IMG/VR virus record: IMGVR_UViG_3300031519_004559
Strand: one strand, 5' to 3'
Origin: a virus
Length of the DNA: 64,000 bases
Made by a program: the position numbers and the translations under genes. The first letter of the stretch is position 1. Each line of letters starts with the position of its first letter. The notes under the pieces are model-generated. The model was not told where the DNA came from. It saw only the letters and a list, made by a program, of their open reading frames with translations, and ran no database searches. Shown here piece after piece: positions 53,923-62,694 of the stretch.

Positions 53923-55482
53923 TTATATCTCCTCGAATAAATTGCCAAAGGTGGTACTAGCATTCACAGTCTTCTTACCAATAGCACCACGTGTTCCTGG
54001 AATGGCCATCCAAAACTTTGAATAACTATCAATAACCTTCATAGACTCTTCTCGAGTTGTCTTTGAAAAAATCTCTTCAACAACATCTCTAAATAGAATA
54101 CGATCAAACTTTTCGTCTACAAGCATCTTAGGTATAACGCCTGCATCGTACTGTCTATTAGCTTCTTGTACAGCATTAATGTGTGTCCATACGTTATGGC
54201 CCATCTGAATAGCATAACTAAAGCTATCCCAGCTCGTTGAGTCCCTGCCACGTACAGTTGTGTTACCATCTGCATCTAGCAAAGGATTACCTTCTTTGTC
54301 TAAGTCAACATCGCCTTTGAGTACTTTAATAGTACCAATTTTATTAGTATCACCGACTGAATACGTGCAAATATCGTTAACTAATAATCCGTCAGTTAAT
54401 GGACTATCTTCAAATGTATTAAAGATACCGTCTTGTAGTGTAGCGTCTTTAAATCCTCGAGTGTCAGTTGCATACTTTAGTTCGTCCACACTAGGCACCA
54501 TTCGATAGGTCCATTTACCTCTATCAGGTGTTTCAACTGATGTATATACTTGTCCATTAGCAGTTGCTAAAAATGGACTAGCACAGTCAAATGTAAGCAT
54601 CATAGTAGGGTTATAGTACTTACGTACAGCTCGTTGTACGTCTGTAAGTAACGTAGCCCATTCTAGCTTAGATGTGCCTAAGAAGTGCATTACATCGTGT
54701 ATACCGCTTTGTAGTAGTCCATCATAGTGCAATGAAACTATACGTTTAAGAACCAAATGCACATCGCACATATTCTGACCACCCATTGACCACCCATTAA
54801 AGTGATTGTCTGGATATTTGACTGGATCGCAATAGTCTTTCATTTGCTCATACCAGTCATCGGCGTCTGCATGATTCTCACCTTGCAATACGTTAAGGAA
54901 CTTACAAGCACCTGTTCTATGCTTCATCCAATAGTCATTGTTAATACGTGTTGCTTTCACAGCTTCTTGATATGTACTAATACCAGTTGCCTTTGCACCT
55001 GCTGGTGAACGTGCAACCCAAGCTGGAATATCAAGTATCATACCATAGTCCATGTAAGCATCCATCCAACGCAAAACACTATCACGTTTTTGCTGTGCTT
55101 TAGGACAATTAGGATCTTTCCAATCGCCTTCCCAAACACCTTTACCAATTTGAAAACCACCACTATCGCCTAGTGCCCAAGTATTATCACGATCTCTATT
55201 ACGGATCATATCTTCCTTAGGGCTAAACTTAGTAGTGTCTAATTCAGCATGTCCTGCAGAGTAAAGCGTCCACTTGTATGTAAATGCTCCTTCTTTGGAG
55301 TTAAGATAGTTAAGACTTTCCATGCCATTTGCAAAGTTTTTAGGCATACGATCATCAGAAACATACGGACCAGTTACAGGATCAGGATAACGTTGCTTGC
55401 CCACATAAGTTGCATAGAAGCCACTAAGTGCAGGTAAGAAATGTGCGTAATCTTGTTGCGCTTCTGTAAGGTCTTTATTCAT
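53923..55482 (-). CDS. dpdA: DpdA/TGT-family guanine transglycosylase-like protein
   Basis: DSGGFQ, LDIP, NVLQG, MHFLG, TFDCASP correspond to TGT catalytic motifs; clustered with folE, queE and dpdL. Confidence 0.75.
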   Translation of the reverse strand: MNKDLTEAQQDYAHFLPALSGFYATYVGKQRYPDPVTGPYVSDDRMPKNFANGMESLNYLNSKEGAFTYKWTLYSAGHAELDTTKFSPKEDMIRNRDRDNTWALGDSGGFQIGKGVWEGDWKDPNCPKAQQKRDSVLRWMDAYMDYGMILDIPAWVARSPAGAKATGISTYQEAVKATRINNDYWMKHRTGACKFLNVLQGENHADADDWYEQMKDYCDPVKYPDNHFNGWSMGGQNMCDVHLVLKRIVSLHYDGLLQSGIHDVMHFLGTSKLEWATLLTDVQRAVRKYYNPTMMLTFDCASPFLATANGQVYTSVETPDRGKWTYRMVPSVDELKYATDTRGFKDATLQDGIFNTFEDSPLTDGLLVNDICTYSVGDTNKIGTIKVLKGDVDLDKEGNPLLDADGNTTVRGRDSTSWDSFSYAIQMGHNVWTHINAVQEANRQYDAGVIPKMLVDEKFDRILFRDVVEEIFSKTTREESMKVIDSYSKFWMAIPGTRGAIGKKTVNASTTFGNLFEEI

Positions 55483-56216
55483 TACTTACTCTGCGCTGGA
55501 AGAATATAATTGTATGTAGCTAAACCACTGTTAACTGTAATTTGCATAGCACCTTGATCACTAATGCTCATTGTAATATCACCACCAAGACTTAAAATTG
55601 ACTGTGTTTGTGCTACAGGCCAAGCCCAAGTATGCGACAACGAACCTTCTATATTAGACTGGAATACAAACTCGCCTGCGTGTGTGCTTTGATCACCGAA
55701 GCTAAACACAAGATCAGTTGCATCGCCTGTTTTTACAGTTTTTACGTTAAACGTAGGTTCTTCGGAATGTGCTGCACTTTGCAGTTTCATTCTTGTAATA
55801 CTAGCAACATGCGGATTAAATGTTACGTCCCAGCTTGCACCTTTAAATTTAACACTTTTAAGTTTTTCATCAATAATTTGCTGATTCATAAAACGGTAAT
55901 CGTTTTGGAAATCGCCTGCTGCATTTTCAAAGTGAATATGCGTAGGAATAGTTTCGCCATTGCGTTCTGCTTGCACAACATCGATCTTAGCATCTTTCTG
56001 ATACTCTGGATTCTTCAAGTGCAATGCTAACTTATCTAAGTTAGGCATACCAAATGTACCAGATGCAACATTAGAAGTTGTTTCTGCTGTAAGTATCACT
56101 GACCGATCCTCGGCCATTGATTCAAATGTAGTAGTTTCGCCACCCGTTACTTTAACTAAGCTGAGGAATCCCAGCGAGTGTGTTTTTGCGACTACGTCTT
56201 GTAAGATGTCTTTCAT
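55482..56216 (-). CDS. DNA polymerase sliding clamp (gp45/PCNA-like)
   Basis: 244 aa, two-domain clamp-like pattern (SMAEDRSVIL..FGMPNL..L; ISDQGAMQITV..YILPA) in replication context. Confidence 0.7.
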   Translation of the reverse strand: MKDILQDVVAKTHSLGFLSLVKVTGGETTTFESMAEDRSVILTAETTSNVASGTFGMPNLDKLALHLKNPEYQKDAKIDVVQAERNGETIPTHIHFENAAGDFQNDYRFMNQQIIDEKLKSVKFKGASWDVTFNPHVASITRMKLQSAAHSEEPTFNVKTVKTGDATDLVFSFGDQSTHAGEFVFQSNIEGSLSHTWAWPVAQTQSILSLGGDITMSISDQGAMQITVNSGLATYNYILPAQSK

Positions 56217-56217
56217 G

Positions 56218-56970
56218 TTATTCTCCTATGTTAAGTTTTATTATATTATCTTTATGACCGTTTGTCAAGTACTTTTCTATATTATATTTAGGTTTAAAGC
56301 CCAAAGTCTTAATTTTTTCCATGTTCGCACAAGTCCATTGTCGTTCATGTGGTGTATTTAGGCGGATAGGCAAGTTGTCTGCAAAATCACGGATCTTATA
56401 TGGAGTACCCGTGCCTATATCAATAGTGCCTGTATACGTGCTTTTCATACAAAGCTCAATAGCATCGCATAAATCTTCAATGTGTATAAAGTCTCTATAG
56501 TGATCTGTTACATATTCTAGTCCACCATTAAATAGTTTGTCAAAGAACATGCCTTTGCGTGGAGTGTCTGAATAAACGGTATGAAACCGCATGCCTAGTG
56601 TATCAGCATAACGTTCAGCAGCTTCTTCGACTATGTACTTAGACGCCGCATAAGGGTTCAAATCGGGCTCGTAAGCACTGGAACTGCTTGCGTATAGTAT
56701 ACGTGTATCTCTGTAGCGTTCAAACAGACGCTTGCTTGCTTCAACATTGTTACGCCAATAGCCTGCAGGATCGTTTGTACTTTCTCGAACTCCACTTTTG
56801 CCTGCTAGATGTATAATTAAATCAAACTCTTCTGAAAACTCTACATCACATAAGTCAAGTCCGTCTTGTAGGTCAATACCAACTACTACTCTGTCTTTTG
56901 TTTCTAATAGTCTGTTTAGTAAATGTGTACCAATAAATCCTTTATGGCCTGTTAATAATATTCTATGCAT
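56218..56970 (-). CDS. NAD-dependent epimerase/dehydratase
   Basis: TGHKGFIG, HLAG, ASSS, YAASK (YxxxK). Confidence 0.9.
   Translation of the reverse strand: MHRILLTGHKGFIGTHLLNRLLETKDRVVVGIDLQDGLDLCDVEFSEEFDLIIHLAGKSGVRESTNDPAGYWRNNVEASKRLFERYRDTRILYASSSSAYEPDLNPYAASKYIVEEAAERYADTLGMRFHTVYSDTPRKGMFFDKLFNGGLEYVTDHYRDFIHIEDLCDAIELCMKSTYTGTIDIGTGTPYKIRDFADNLPIRLNTPHERQWTCANMEKIKTLGFKPKYNIEKYLTNGHKDNIIKLNIGE
56240..56268 (-). promoter_or_regulatory. sigma70 promoter TTGACA-17-TATAAT inside the epimerase 3' end
   Basis: Perfect consensus upstream of the clamp gene. Confidence 0.85.
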
Positions 56971-57367
56971 TAACTCGATTCCTTAAATCACTTGAACTGA
57001 AACGGTGGTCTCTTTTGTTAAAGTGTAATTCGATGTCACGCTTGCGGCAAATGTCTTTACCTGTGAAATCTTTGTCGCGATACTCTTCTCCTAGTATGCG
57101 TACTTCTATTGGATACATACTAAGGATATCTTCTAAGTCTTCTTCAGTTCCGTACGGAATAATTTCATCTACATACTCTACACCTTTTAGTTGAGTATAG
57201 CGTTCAACTACTGTTTGTATGGGTGCGTTCTTGTCTTTGCGATCAACACTAGGGTCTACCTGTAATCCGCAAATTAAATAATCGCATTGTTCTTTTGCTT
57301 CACGCAACATAATTACGTGTCCAGCATGTAATAAATCAAACGTGCTACAAGTAAATCCTACTTTCAA
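56963..57367 (-). CDS. Cytidylyltransferase (TagD-like)
   Basis: FDLLHAGH (HxGH), ERY.QL..VDEIIPY, SSSDLR. Confidence 0.9.
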   Translation of the reverse strand: MKVGFTCSTFDLLHAGHVIMLREAKEQCDYLICGLQVDPSVDRKDKNAPIQTVVERYTQLKGVEYVDEIIPYGTEEDLEDILSMYPIEVRILGEEYRDKDFTGKDICRKRDIELHFNKRDHRFSSSDLRNRVNA

Positions 57368-57693
57368 TGTTCTCTCCTTCCATCAAATACACAAATAAAC
57401 TTTAAACCAACGTCTGTGTTGTTGTGTACTCTGTGAAATACGTTGTCGTGGATTAGTACAGTGTCGCCTGCTGTAACATCAAATATTTTATGATCAAGCT
57501 CCATCTGTCCACTACCGCCTACAAAGACATAGACTTCTTCTTGCCCGGCATGCCGGTGACCTGTTGTACTTTTACCTGCATTTAAATGCGTACTACTCAC
57601 TACAAGGTTGCTTAGATCAGTATTGTCTTTAACAACATAACGTGCATCTTCTTTAACAACCTTGCCGCCAATATCCCAATCACTGTATTTCAA
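57364..57693 (-). CDS. Cupin domain protein (mannose-6-phosphate isomerase-like)
   Basis: GHRH..QEEVY..G.G..GD.VLI..FHRV.N; probable TTG start at 57693. Confidence 0.8.
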   Translation of the reverse strand: MKYSDWDIGGKVVKEDARYVVKDNTDLSNLVVSSTHLNAGKSTTGHRHAGQEEVYVFVGGSGQMELDHKIFDVTAGDTVLIHDNVFHRVHNNTDVGLKFICVFDGRREH

Positions 57694-58406
57694 TTTGCTA
57701 TCCCCCTTTGTTGGAAATTTTCTAAAATTTCTTTTGTGTCTCTCCAACTTTTAACTTGTTTTGCAACACCGCCTGCTTCTTTTACAGCATATGCAAGACT
57801 AAAATCGTTGCCGTCTGGGTCCATTCTATCGCCAAAGAAGAATACTCTATCTTTTTGTATTTCCTGCAGCACTTGACGCTTGTCTTTACCTTTAGCAATA
57901 ATGTCAATACCGGTTTCGCCACCAACCACTGCACTTACATTAGGAAAATGTTTGTTGATCCTTTCAGCAATGTGTATGCGTTCGTCGGCTTCTATGTCAT
58001 AGTAAAAGTAATCTTTGCGTTGTACTTTATCTGCATTACGCCCCACAACACTAAAGTTAACCATGCCCGGCCGTTCTTCTAAATGCTTGCCGGTTTTAAT
58101 TGTGTATTCACTATTTTTAAGTTCAGCATTAAGAAATTCTTTAAGTTCGTCGGTCATCTTCCAAGGATTAGTGTAAACATTCTCTTGTCGATACCATACA
58201 TCGTTGCCGTTGCAATTATAAATCTTGTTTACACTCATACAAATTTCAGGACCAATCTGTTCAAGCGTTTTAGGGTTATCACTTCCTGTAACTAAACTTA
58301 CTGTATTGTTTTGCGAAAAATATAAAAACCACAATGCAAATTGAGGATTTATTTTCTTCCTACTAGGGGTAAGTGTGCCGTCAACATCAAATATAAAATG
58401 ATTCAT
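57690..58406 (-). CDS. Phosphomannomutase, eukaryote-type HAD-IIB
   Basis: FDVDGTLT, VTGSD, ERPGMVNFS..GR, GG..IDI..GKDK, FFGD..GND. Confidence 0.85.
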   Translation of the reverse strand: MNHFIFDVDGTLTPSRKKINPQFALWFLYFSQNNTVSLVTGSDNPKTLEQIGPEICMSVNKIYNCNGNDVWYRQENVYTNPWKMTDELKEFLNAELKNSEYTIKTGKHLEERPGMVNFSVVGRNADKVQRKDYFYYDIEADERIHIAERINKHFPNVSAVVGGETGIDIIAKGKDKRQVLQEIQKDRVFFFGDRMDPDGNDFSLAYAVKEAGGVAKQVKSWRDTKEILENFQQRGIAN

Positions 58407-58407
58407 T

Positions 58408-61077
58408 TTACTCTCCAAAGTCAAACAAACTTGAAAACGTATTATGCCTCTTAGTATCTTCTAGTGGATAGTTAAGAACTCCAATCAAGTTGTCTAGTTT
58501 GTTATCAATAATAGTTTCTGCCATAGCTATATCATCAAATGGCAACTCTTTAAACCAATCAGGAATACGTAACTCGTCTGTTGGATACGCAACACTTGTA
58601 TACCCTAGTGGATTTTGTTTTAGTTTACAAACAATGACCTTCATGCCGTCTACAACTTCTTGCGAGTACTTGTCACCATTCATACGTTTGAGTGTATTCC
58701 AATTAATACTTGCTCTAACGTGTCCAGGCATGTTTGCTTTGCCTTGCTTTTCTTCAAGTCGTTGATAGTGTCCGACTTTGTTTGCACGTTTCGGACTACC
58801 TTTCTCCCAACCAGGCCTCTCACTAAACTCCTTACGGAATACAGTAATACGTTCTAGTACATCTTCTTGCGGCTTGTCAGTAAGCACCATAAGCAATAGC
58901 TCACTTAGGAACTCTTGCATAAACACGGGAGTATCTGATCTACGCAAGTCCAAGCCCATTGCTTTTACTTTACCTGCTTTGCCGTCTACATCTGTTCTAA
59001 AGCCTTCAATGTCATACACTAGTGCTGCATAACGCTTCTTAGTAATAAACAACCCTGACTGTGCTACAATTTCTCTAGCCGCTGCAATAACGTCTGATCT
59101 ACTCTTTGGACAATGAAATGCTTCCATCATAAACTTTGGAAAAGTTTCATTAGCCGCTTCGCATACTTGATCATATAGTGTAATTACGTTGTCCTTATCC
59201 CAAGGAATAGAACCATTGTCAATTTGCTCTTTGAGAATAGGATAACCACTAAAGTAACATGAGTCAGTATCACCATAGATCATTGCATCACCTGTGTGAT
59301 CATAAACACCTGTAATAGTCTTGTTAACTTCTGCACTCATATGCTTAACAATAGTACGTCCTGTTAGTGTTGTACTTTGTCCGATACGTTTGTCAAAGAA
59401 TCTACAACCTGGATTAAGAATTGCACCATACAAACTGTTAAGCAAAATCTTCTTAACTAGCTGTCGCTTATCCCAATACTCAATCTCTGCTGAGTTGCCG
59501 GCGTCCTTAGCTTTCTTTAGCTTCTTCTGCATCTCTTTACGTTCAGCATACCAACGTTTTAAAATACCTGGAATAACACCTTCAAACTCTGTAGTAAAAA
59601 TAGTACCGTTACTACTAAGCATCCAGGGTTGATGACTATCAAACACTGCTTTATAAATTTCAGCACCGCTTAGAACGTCACTGCCCCCGCTCTCCCAGTC
59701 AATGGTTAGCGCAACATCTTTACGCTGTTCCATAACTGCTTCATATTCTTCTGTACTAAAGCGTCCTTCCCAACTACCAGCAAAACTCTTCTTCTTTAAG
59801 AACATGTCTTCGTGTACACGAGCATCACTAATGTCTGGACGTATTTGTCCAATAACAGTTTCTGGCGCCATGTTTAATGCACGAATAACTGACGGATATA
59901 GTGAGTTCAAATCCATTGAACCAATCCATTTGTGCAAGCCCTTCTTAGGAAATGCTACATATGCACCAGCCGCTTGTGTATTTTCGTCATCACGTCTTTG
60001 TCGATTAGGAACTTGTAAGCCTCTATGGTGAGCTTCGTTAACAATGCCTTGTTCTGTAACAGCAACAGCGCCCATTGTAGTTTGAATAAGAACTGTGTTC
60101 TCGTGTGCAATAGTGTTAGACAAGTCAATAAAGCGTAGTTTCTTATCTAGTTTATCAAGTAGTGCTGTATCTTGAATGTTATATTGAATAAATTTACGGA
60201 AGTCGTTGTTGTATAATTGATCAAGTGTGCCTTCGTATTCAACTTTGTTTTCACCTACCTCAATCTCGCCAATAGCATCTAGTCGATATGTGTGACGCTC
60301 TTCGTAGGTGTACTTGCGATACAAATTCAAACTATCTAAGTGTACACGCCCAACTAAGTCAAACGTTTGGCTTTCTTTGCCGTACTTCTCGTACATACGC
60401 TTCTTAGGAAGTTGGCCCCACAAGCAGAATCTACGTGTGTCGTCTTTGCTTAGTACACGACTAGTCCTGTTTACAGTATATGGAATATCATATCCTTCAC
60501 TGTTCCATCCACTAAGTACATCACTGTCTTCAATAAGTGTTAAGAAAGTATCAATCATTTCACTTTCTTTTTCAACTAGCATTACATTGTCTATGCCTTC
60601 AACTTCTTTACGTGCTTGCTCCATAGTAAGTGTCTTTGGAGGTACAGCAATACATATCATAGTGTCGAGCCACTGTAAGTATACACTAATACTTGTAATA
60701 GGCATAAACGGATCACTAGGATCAGCAAAGCCACGTTCTGGATCAAAGTCGGTCTCAATATCAAAAAATGCAACGTTTAGTTTAGGTGCATCTGCGTTAA
60801 GATAGTTATCACTCAAACATTGAAAAATAGGATTAATGTCACTTTCAAACAGTTCTTTGTCTCTGTTAATAGCAACTTCTTTGCGGAAGTCTTTTGTACT
60901 CTTACATACAATACGACTTAGGGGATCACCGTATACACTTTTGTACTTGCCCCTAGGGTCTTTATAAAAAAATGTATATTTAGATTGATATTCACGGTAA
61001 ATTCTTTTACCATCTTTGCGTTCAACAGCTCGAATGATATCGGCGTCGCGATCAAAGAATGCGTCTACGTAGCTCAT
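58408..61077 (-). CDS. Family B DNA polymerase (gp43-like)
   Basis: FDIET, GWNSEGYDIPY, YNIQD exonuclease motifs; DLNSLYPS, KILLNSLYG, YGDTDS. Start set to ATG 61077 (GAAGGAG RBS). Confidence 0.97.
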   Translation of the reverse strand: MSYVDAFFDRDADIIRAVERKDGKRIYREYQSKYTFFYKDPRGKYKSVYGDPLSRIVCKSTKDFRKEVAINRDKELFESDINPIFQCLSDNYLNADAPKLNVAFFDIETDFDPERGFADPSDPFMPITSISVYLQWLDTMICIAVPPKTLTMEQARKEVEGIDNVMLVEKESEMIDTFLTLIEDSDVLSGWNSEGYDIPYTVNRTSRVLSKDDTRRFCLWGQLPKKRMYEKYGKESQTFDLVGRVHLDSLNLYRKYTYEERHTYRLDAIGEIEVGENKVEYEGTLDQLYNNDFRKFIQYNIQDTALLDKLDKKLRFIDLSNTIAHENTVLIQTTMGAVAVTEQGIVNEAHHRGLQVPNRQRRDDENTQAAGAYVAFPKKGLHKWIGSMDLNSLYPSVIRALNMAPETVIGQIRPDISDARVHEDMFLKKKSFAGSWEGRFSTEEYEAVMEQRKDVALTIDWESGGSDVLSGAEIYKAVFDSHQPWMLSSNGTIFTTEFEGVIPGILKRWYAERKEMQKKLKKAKDAGNSAEIEYWDKRQLVKKILLNSLYGAILNPGCRFFDKRIGQSTTLTGRTIVKHMSAEVNKTITGVYDHTGDAMIYGDTDSCYFSGYPILKEQIDNGSIPWDKDNVITLYDQVCEAANETFPKFMMEAFHCPKSRSDVIAAAREIVAQSGLFITKKRYAALVYDIEGFRTDVDGKAGKVKAMGLDLRRSDTPVFMQEFLSELLLMVLTDKPQEDVLERITVFRKEFSERPGWEKGSPKRANKVGHYQRLEEKQGKANMPGHVRASINWNTLKRMNGDKYSQEVVDGMKVIVCKLKQNPLGYTSVAYPTDELRIPDWFKELPFDDIAMAETIIDNKLDNLIGVLNYPLEDTKRHNTFSSLFDFGE

Positions 61078-61150
61078 GTATTCTCCTTCGTTGCTTATGG
61101 CCAACTTAACCTTCTACATGCCTAGCTAATAGCTATTGGCGTATTATTAA

Positions 61151-61432
61151 TTATAGCACAAATAGTTGTATAAGAGCAAGACAATTCATTACTACAAACC
61201 AACTACACAGTACTATTACAAATGCTGCTTGCCTAATTACTGCACTAACAACACCTAATAGACTTCCTACCAAATACATAGGTACAAATATCTTTGTTGC
61301 TGGATCTAAGATAGTAAATGTTAGAACAGCACTTGCACCAATTAGCAGTACTGCTTCTATCATTTCACAGTAGAACGCTACAGGACTAGTTCTGTAACTG
61401 TTCTTGAAAAACTCTGTAATCTTATCAATCAC
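61151..61432 (-). CDS. Small membrane protein
   Basis: 93 aa with three hydrophobic segments. Confidence 0.65.
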   Translation of the reverse strand: MIDKITEFFKNSYRTSPVAFYCEMIEAVLLIGASAVLTFTILDPATKIFVPMYLVGSLLGVVSAVIRQAAFVIVLCSWFVVMNCLALIQLFVL

Positions 61433-61689
61433 TTATCTTTGCCTACCGTAACAACAAGTGTTTCCAAATCGTCAAATTCATCAGCAACTCTATCCCAGTC
61501 ACCTTTTTGTGCAATTTTAATTGCTTTGTTAATCATTGATGGCTTAATATCAAGTTCTTCAGCTACAGCCTTTACTGTTTCTTTTAGACCCATATTTAGA
61601 TCCTCAATTTCTTGTAGTACTGTAACACCTTCGTTAACAAGTCGTTCTAGTTTGGCCTTCTCTTCAGCCCCGTATGTGCGATCACTCAT
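61429..61689 (-). CDS. T4 DsbA/GapR-like dsDNA-binding protein
   Basis: 86-aa helical pattern L..LV.E..EIEDL..LKE..AEE.DI.P..INKAIKIA; AAGGAG RBS. Confidence 0.6.
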   Translation of the reverse strand: MSDRTYGAEEKAKLERLVNEGVTVLQEIEDLNMGLKETVKAVAEELDIKPSMINKAIKIAQKGDWDRVADEFDDLETLVVTVGKDK

Positions 61690-61713
61690 AAGTTTCTCCT
61701 TTAATTTATATAC

Positions 61714-61742
61714 ATTGTACAGGATTTATTGTTGTTTGTCAA
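61714..61742 (-). promoter_or_regulatory. sigma70 promoter TTGACA-17-TACAAT
   Basis: Read on the minus strand; overlaps the 3' end of the upstream CDS. Confidence 0.8.
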
Positions 61743-61926
61743 GAACTATTTTGGCTTTATAGGCTTCTTCAAACCCTTCTTCGTGGATATAACTTTCATT
61801 ATTTCCCCAAAGTCGTTTGAAGTAGCCGTCGGCACAAGCAATGATAGTTTCATCATTTGTTCCTAAGTGGCCTTTGGTCATATAGAATAACCGACATGCT
61901 TCTTTAAGTTCTTTTTCTGTCATCAC
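61726..61926 (-). CDS. Small hypothetical protein
   Basis: About 65 aa; preceded immediately by CTAAATA. Confidence 0.6.
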   Translation of the reverse strand: MMTEKELKEACRLFYMTKGHLGTNDETIIACADGYFKRLWGNNESYIHEEGFEEAYKAKIVLDKQQ

Positions 61927-61965
61927 GTATTTAGACCTTATACTATAGGCAATCGTAATTGTTGG

Positions 61966-62694
61966 TTAAGATTTGTGTTTTGCTAGTGCTTTGTAAAGTT
62001 GGGCTTTGATTGATGATTCGTTGGCATGTATTGCGGCTTGTTGTTTTTTACGCATAGGATGTCCTTTACCGTGGATACCTTTCTTACGTCCGTCACCTTC
62101 TTCAACACCGTCTTTCTTTTGTATTTTAGATAGCGTTTTTTGCATAGATATAATTTGTGATCTAAACATTGGATTTGTGATAAGTTCTGAAAATAATGCA
62201 ACGTATGGTTTAATAACATCACGTTCTCTTTCAGATAGTATTTCGCCCGAAGCGGCTTTTTTAAGTCCGATAGCAATCAATGCACTTTCGTCCATTTCTG
62301 GGTCTATTGCACCACCTAAAGTTGACGCCGCAGGTGTCAGTGCTCTTACGTCTATATCTTCTTCGCCGACTAGTTTATCTTTTAAAGGGTGCGTAGTACG
62401 CTTCGGTTCTGCTGTAGGTATAGGATCACTGCCTTTAGCTTGTCCTGCACTTCCAGTTTTTTGTGATTCTGTTATTCCTGCTAATTTAGCAAAATCTGAT
62501 ACATTATCAATGCCTAACGGCATTGATCCTTGTGGTACTTGTACACTTTCGGTTATGTAATCTTTTGTTGGGGGAGCATCTGGAGCCGGAGCGTTAGCCA
62601 TTTGTAACAATGCTTGTTTATCTGCTGCTGGGTCTGAAGGAAATAAGTCCTTCATTTTTGCACTTAGTTTGTAAAAGTCGTCCATGTTAGGCAT
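61966..62694 (-). CDS. Hypothetical late protein, possible head-internal/core protein
   Basis: Low complexity; repeated hydrophobic-X-E sites (ITES x2, VGEE, VEEG, ANES); KLAGI motif. Confidence 0.65.
   Translation of the reverse strand: MPNMDDFYKLSAKMKDLFPSDPAADKQALLQMANAPAPDAPPTKDYITESVQVPQGSMPLGIDNVSDFAKLAGITESQKTGSAGQAKGSDPIPTAEPKRTTHPLKDKLVGEEDIDVRALTPAASTLGGAIDPEMDESALIAIGLKKAASGEILSERERDVIKPYVALFSELITNPMFRSQIISMQKTLSKIQKKDGVEEGDGRKKGIHGKGHPMRKKQQAAIHANESSIKAQLYKALAKHKS

Noticed and set aside
58408-61077. Intein or intron in the DNA polymerase
   Set aside because: The ORF is continuous, of normal length, with normally spaced motifs and no intein splice motifs.
408-62560. Numerous 60-185 aa ORFs antisense to or nested within long genes (e.g. 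699-1013, 4484-4903, 39626-40150, 60308-60805, 62006-62560)
   Set aside because: They shadow genes with clear motifs, lack RBS and motifs, and are expected from codon bias on the opposite strand.
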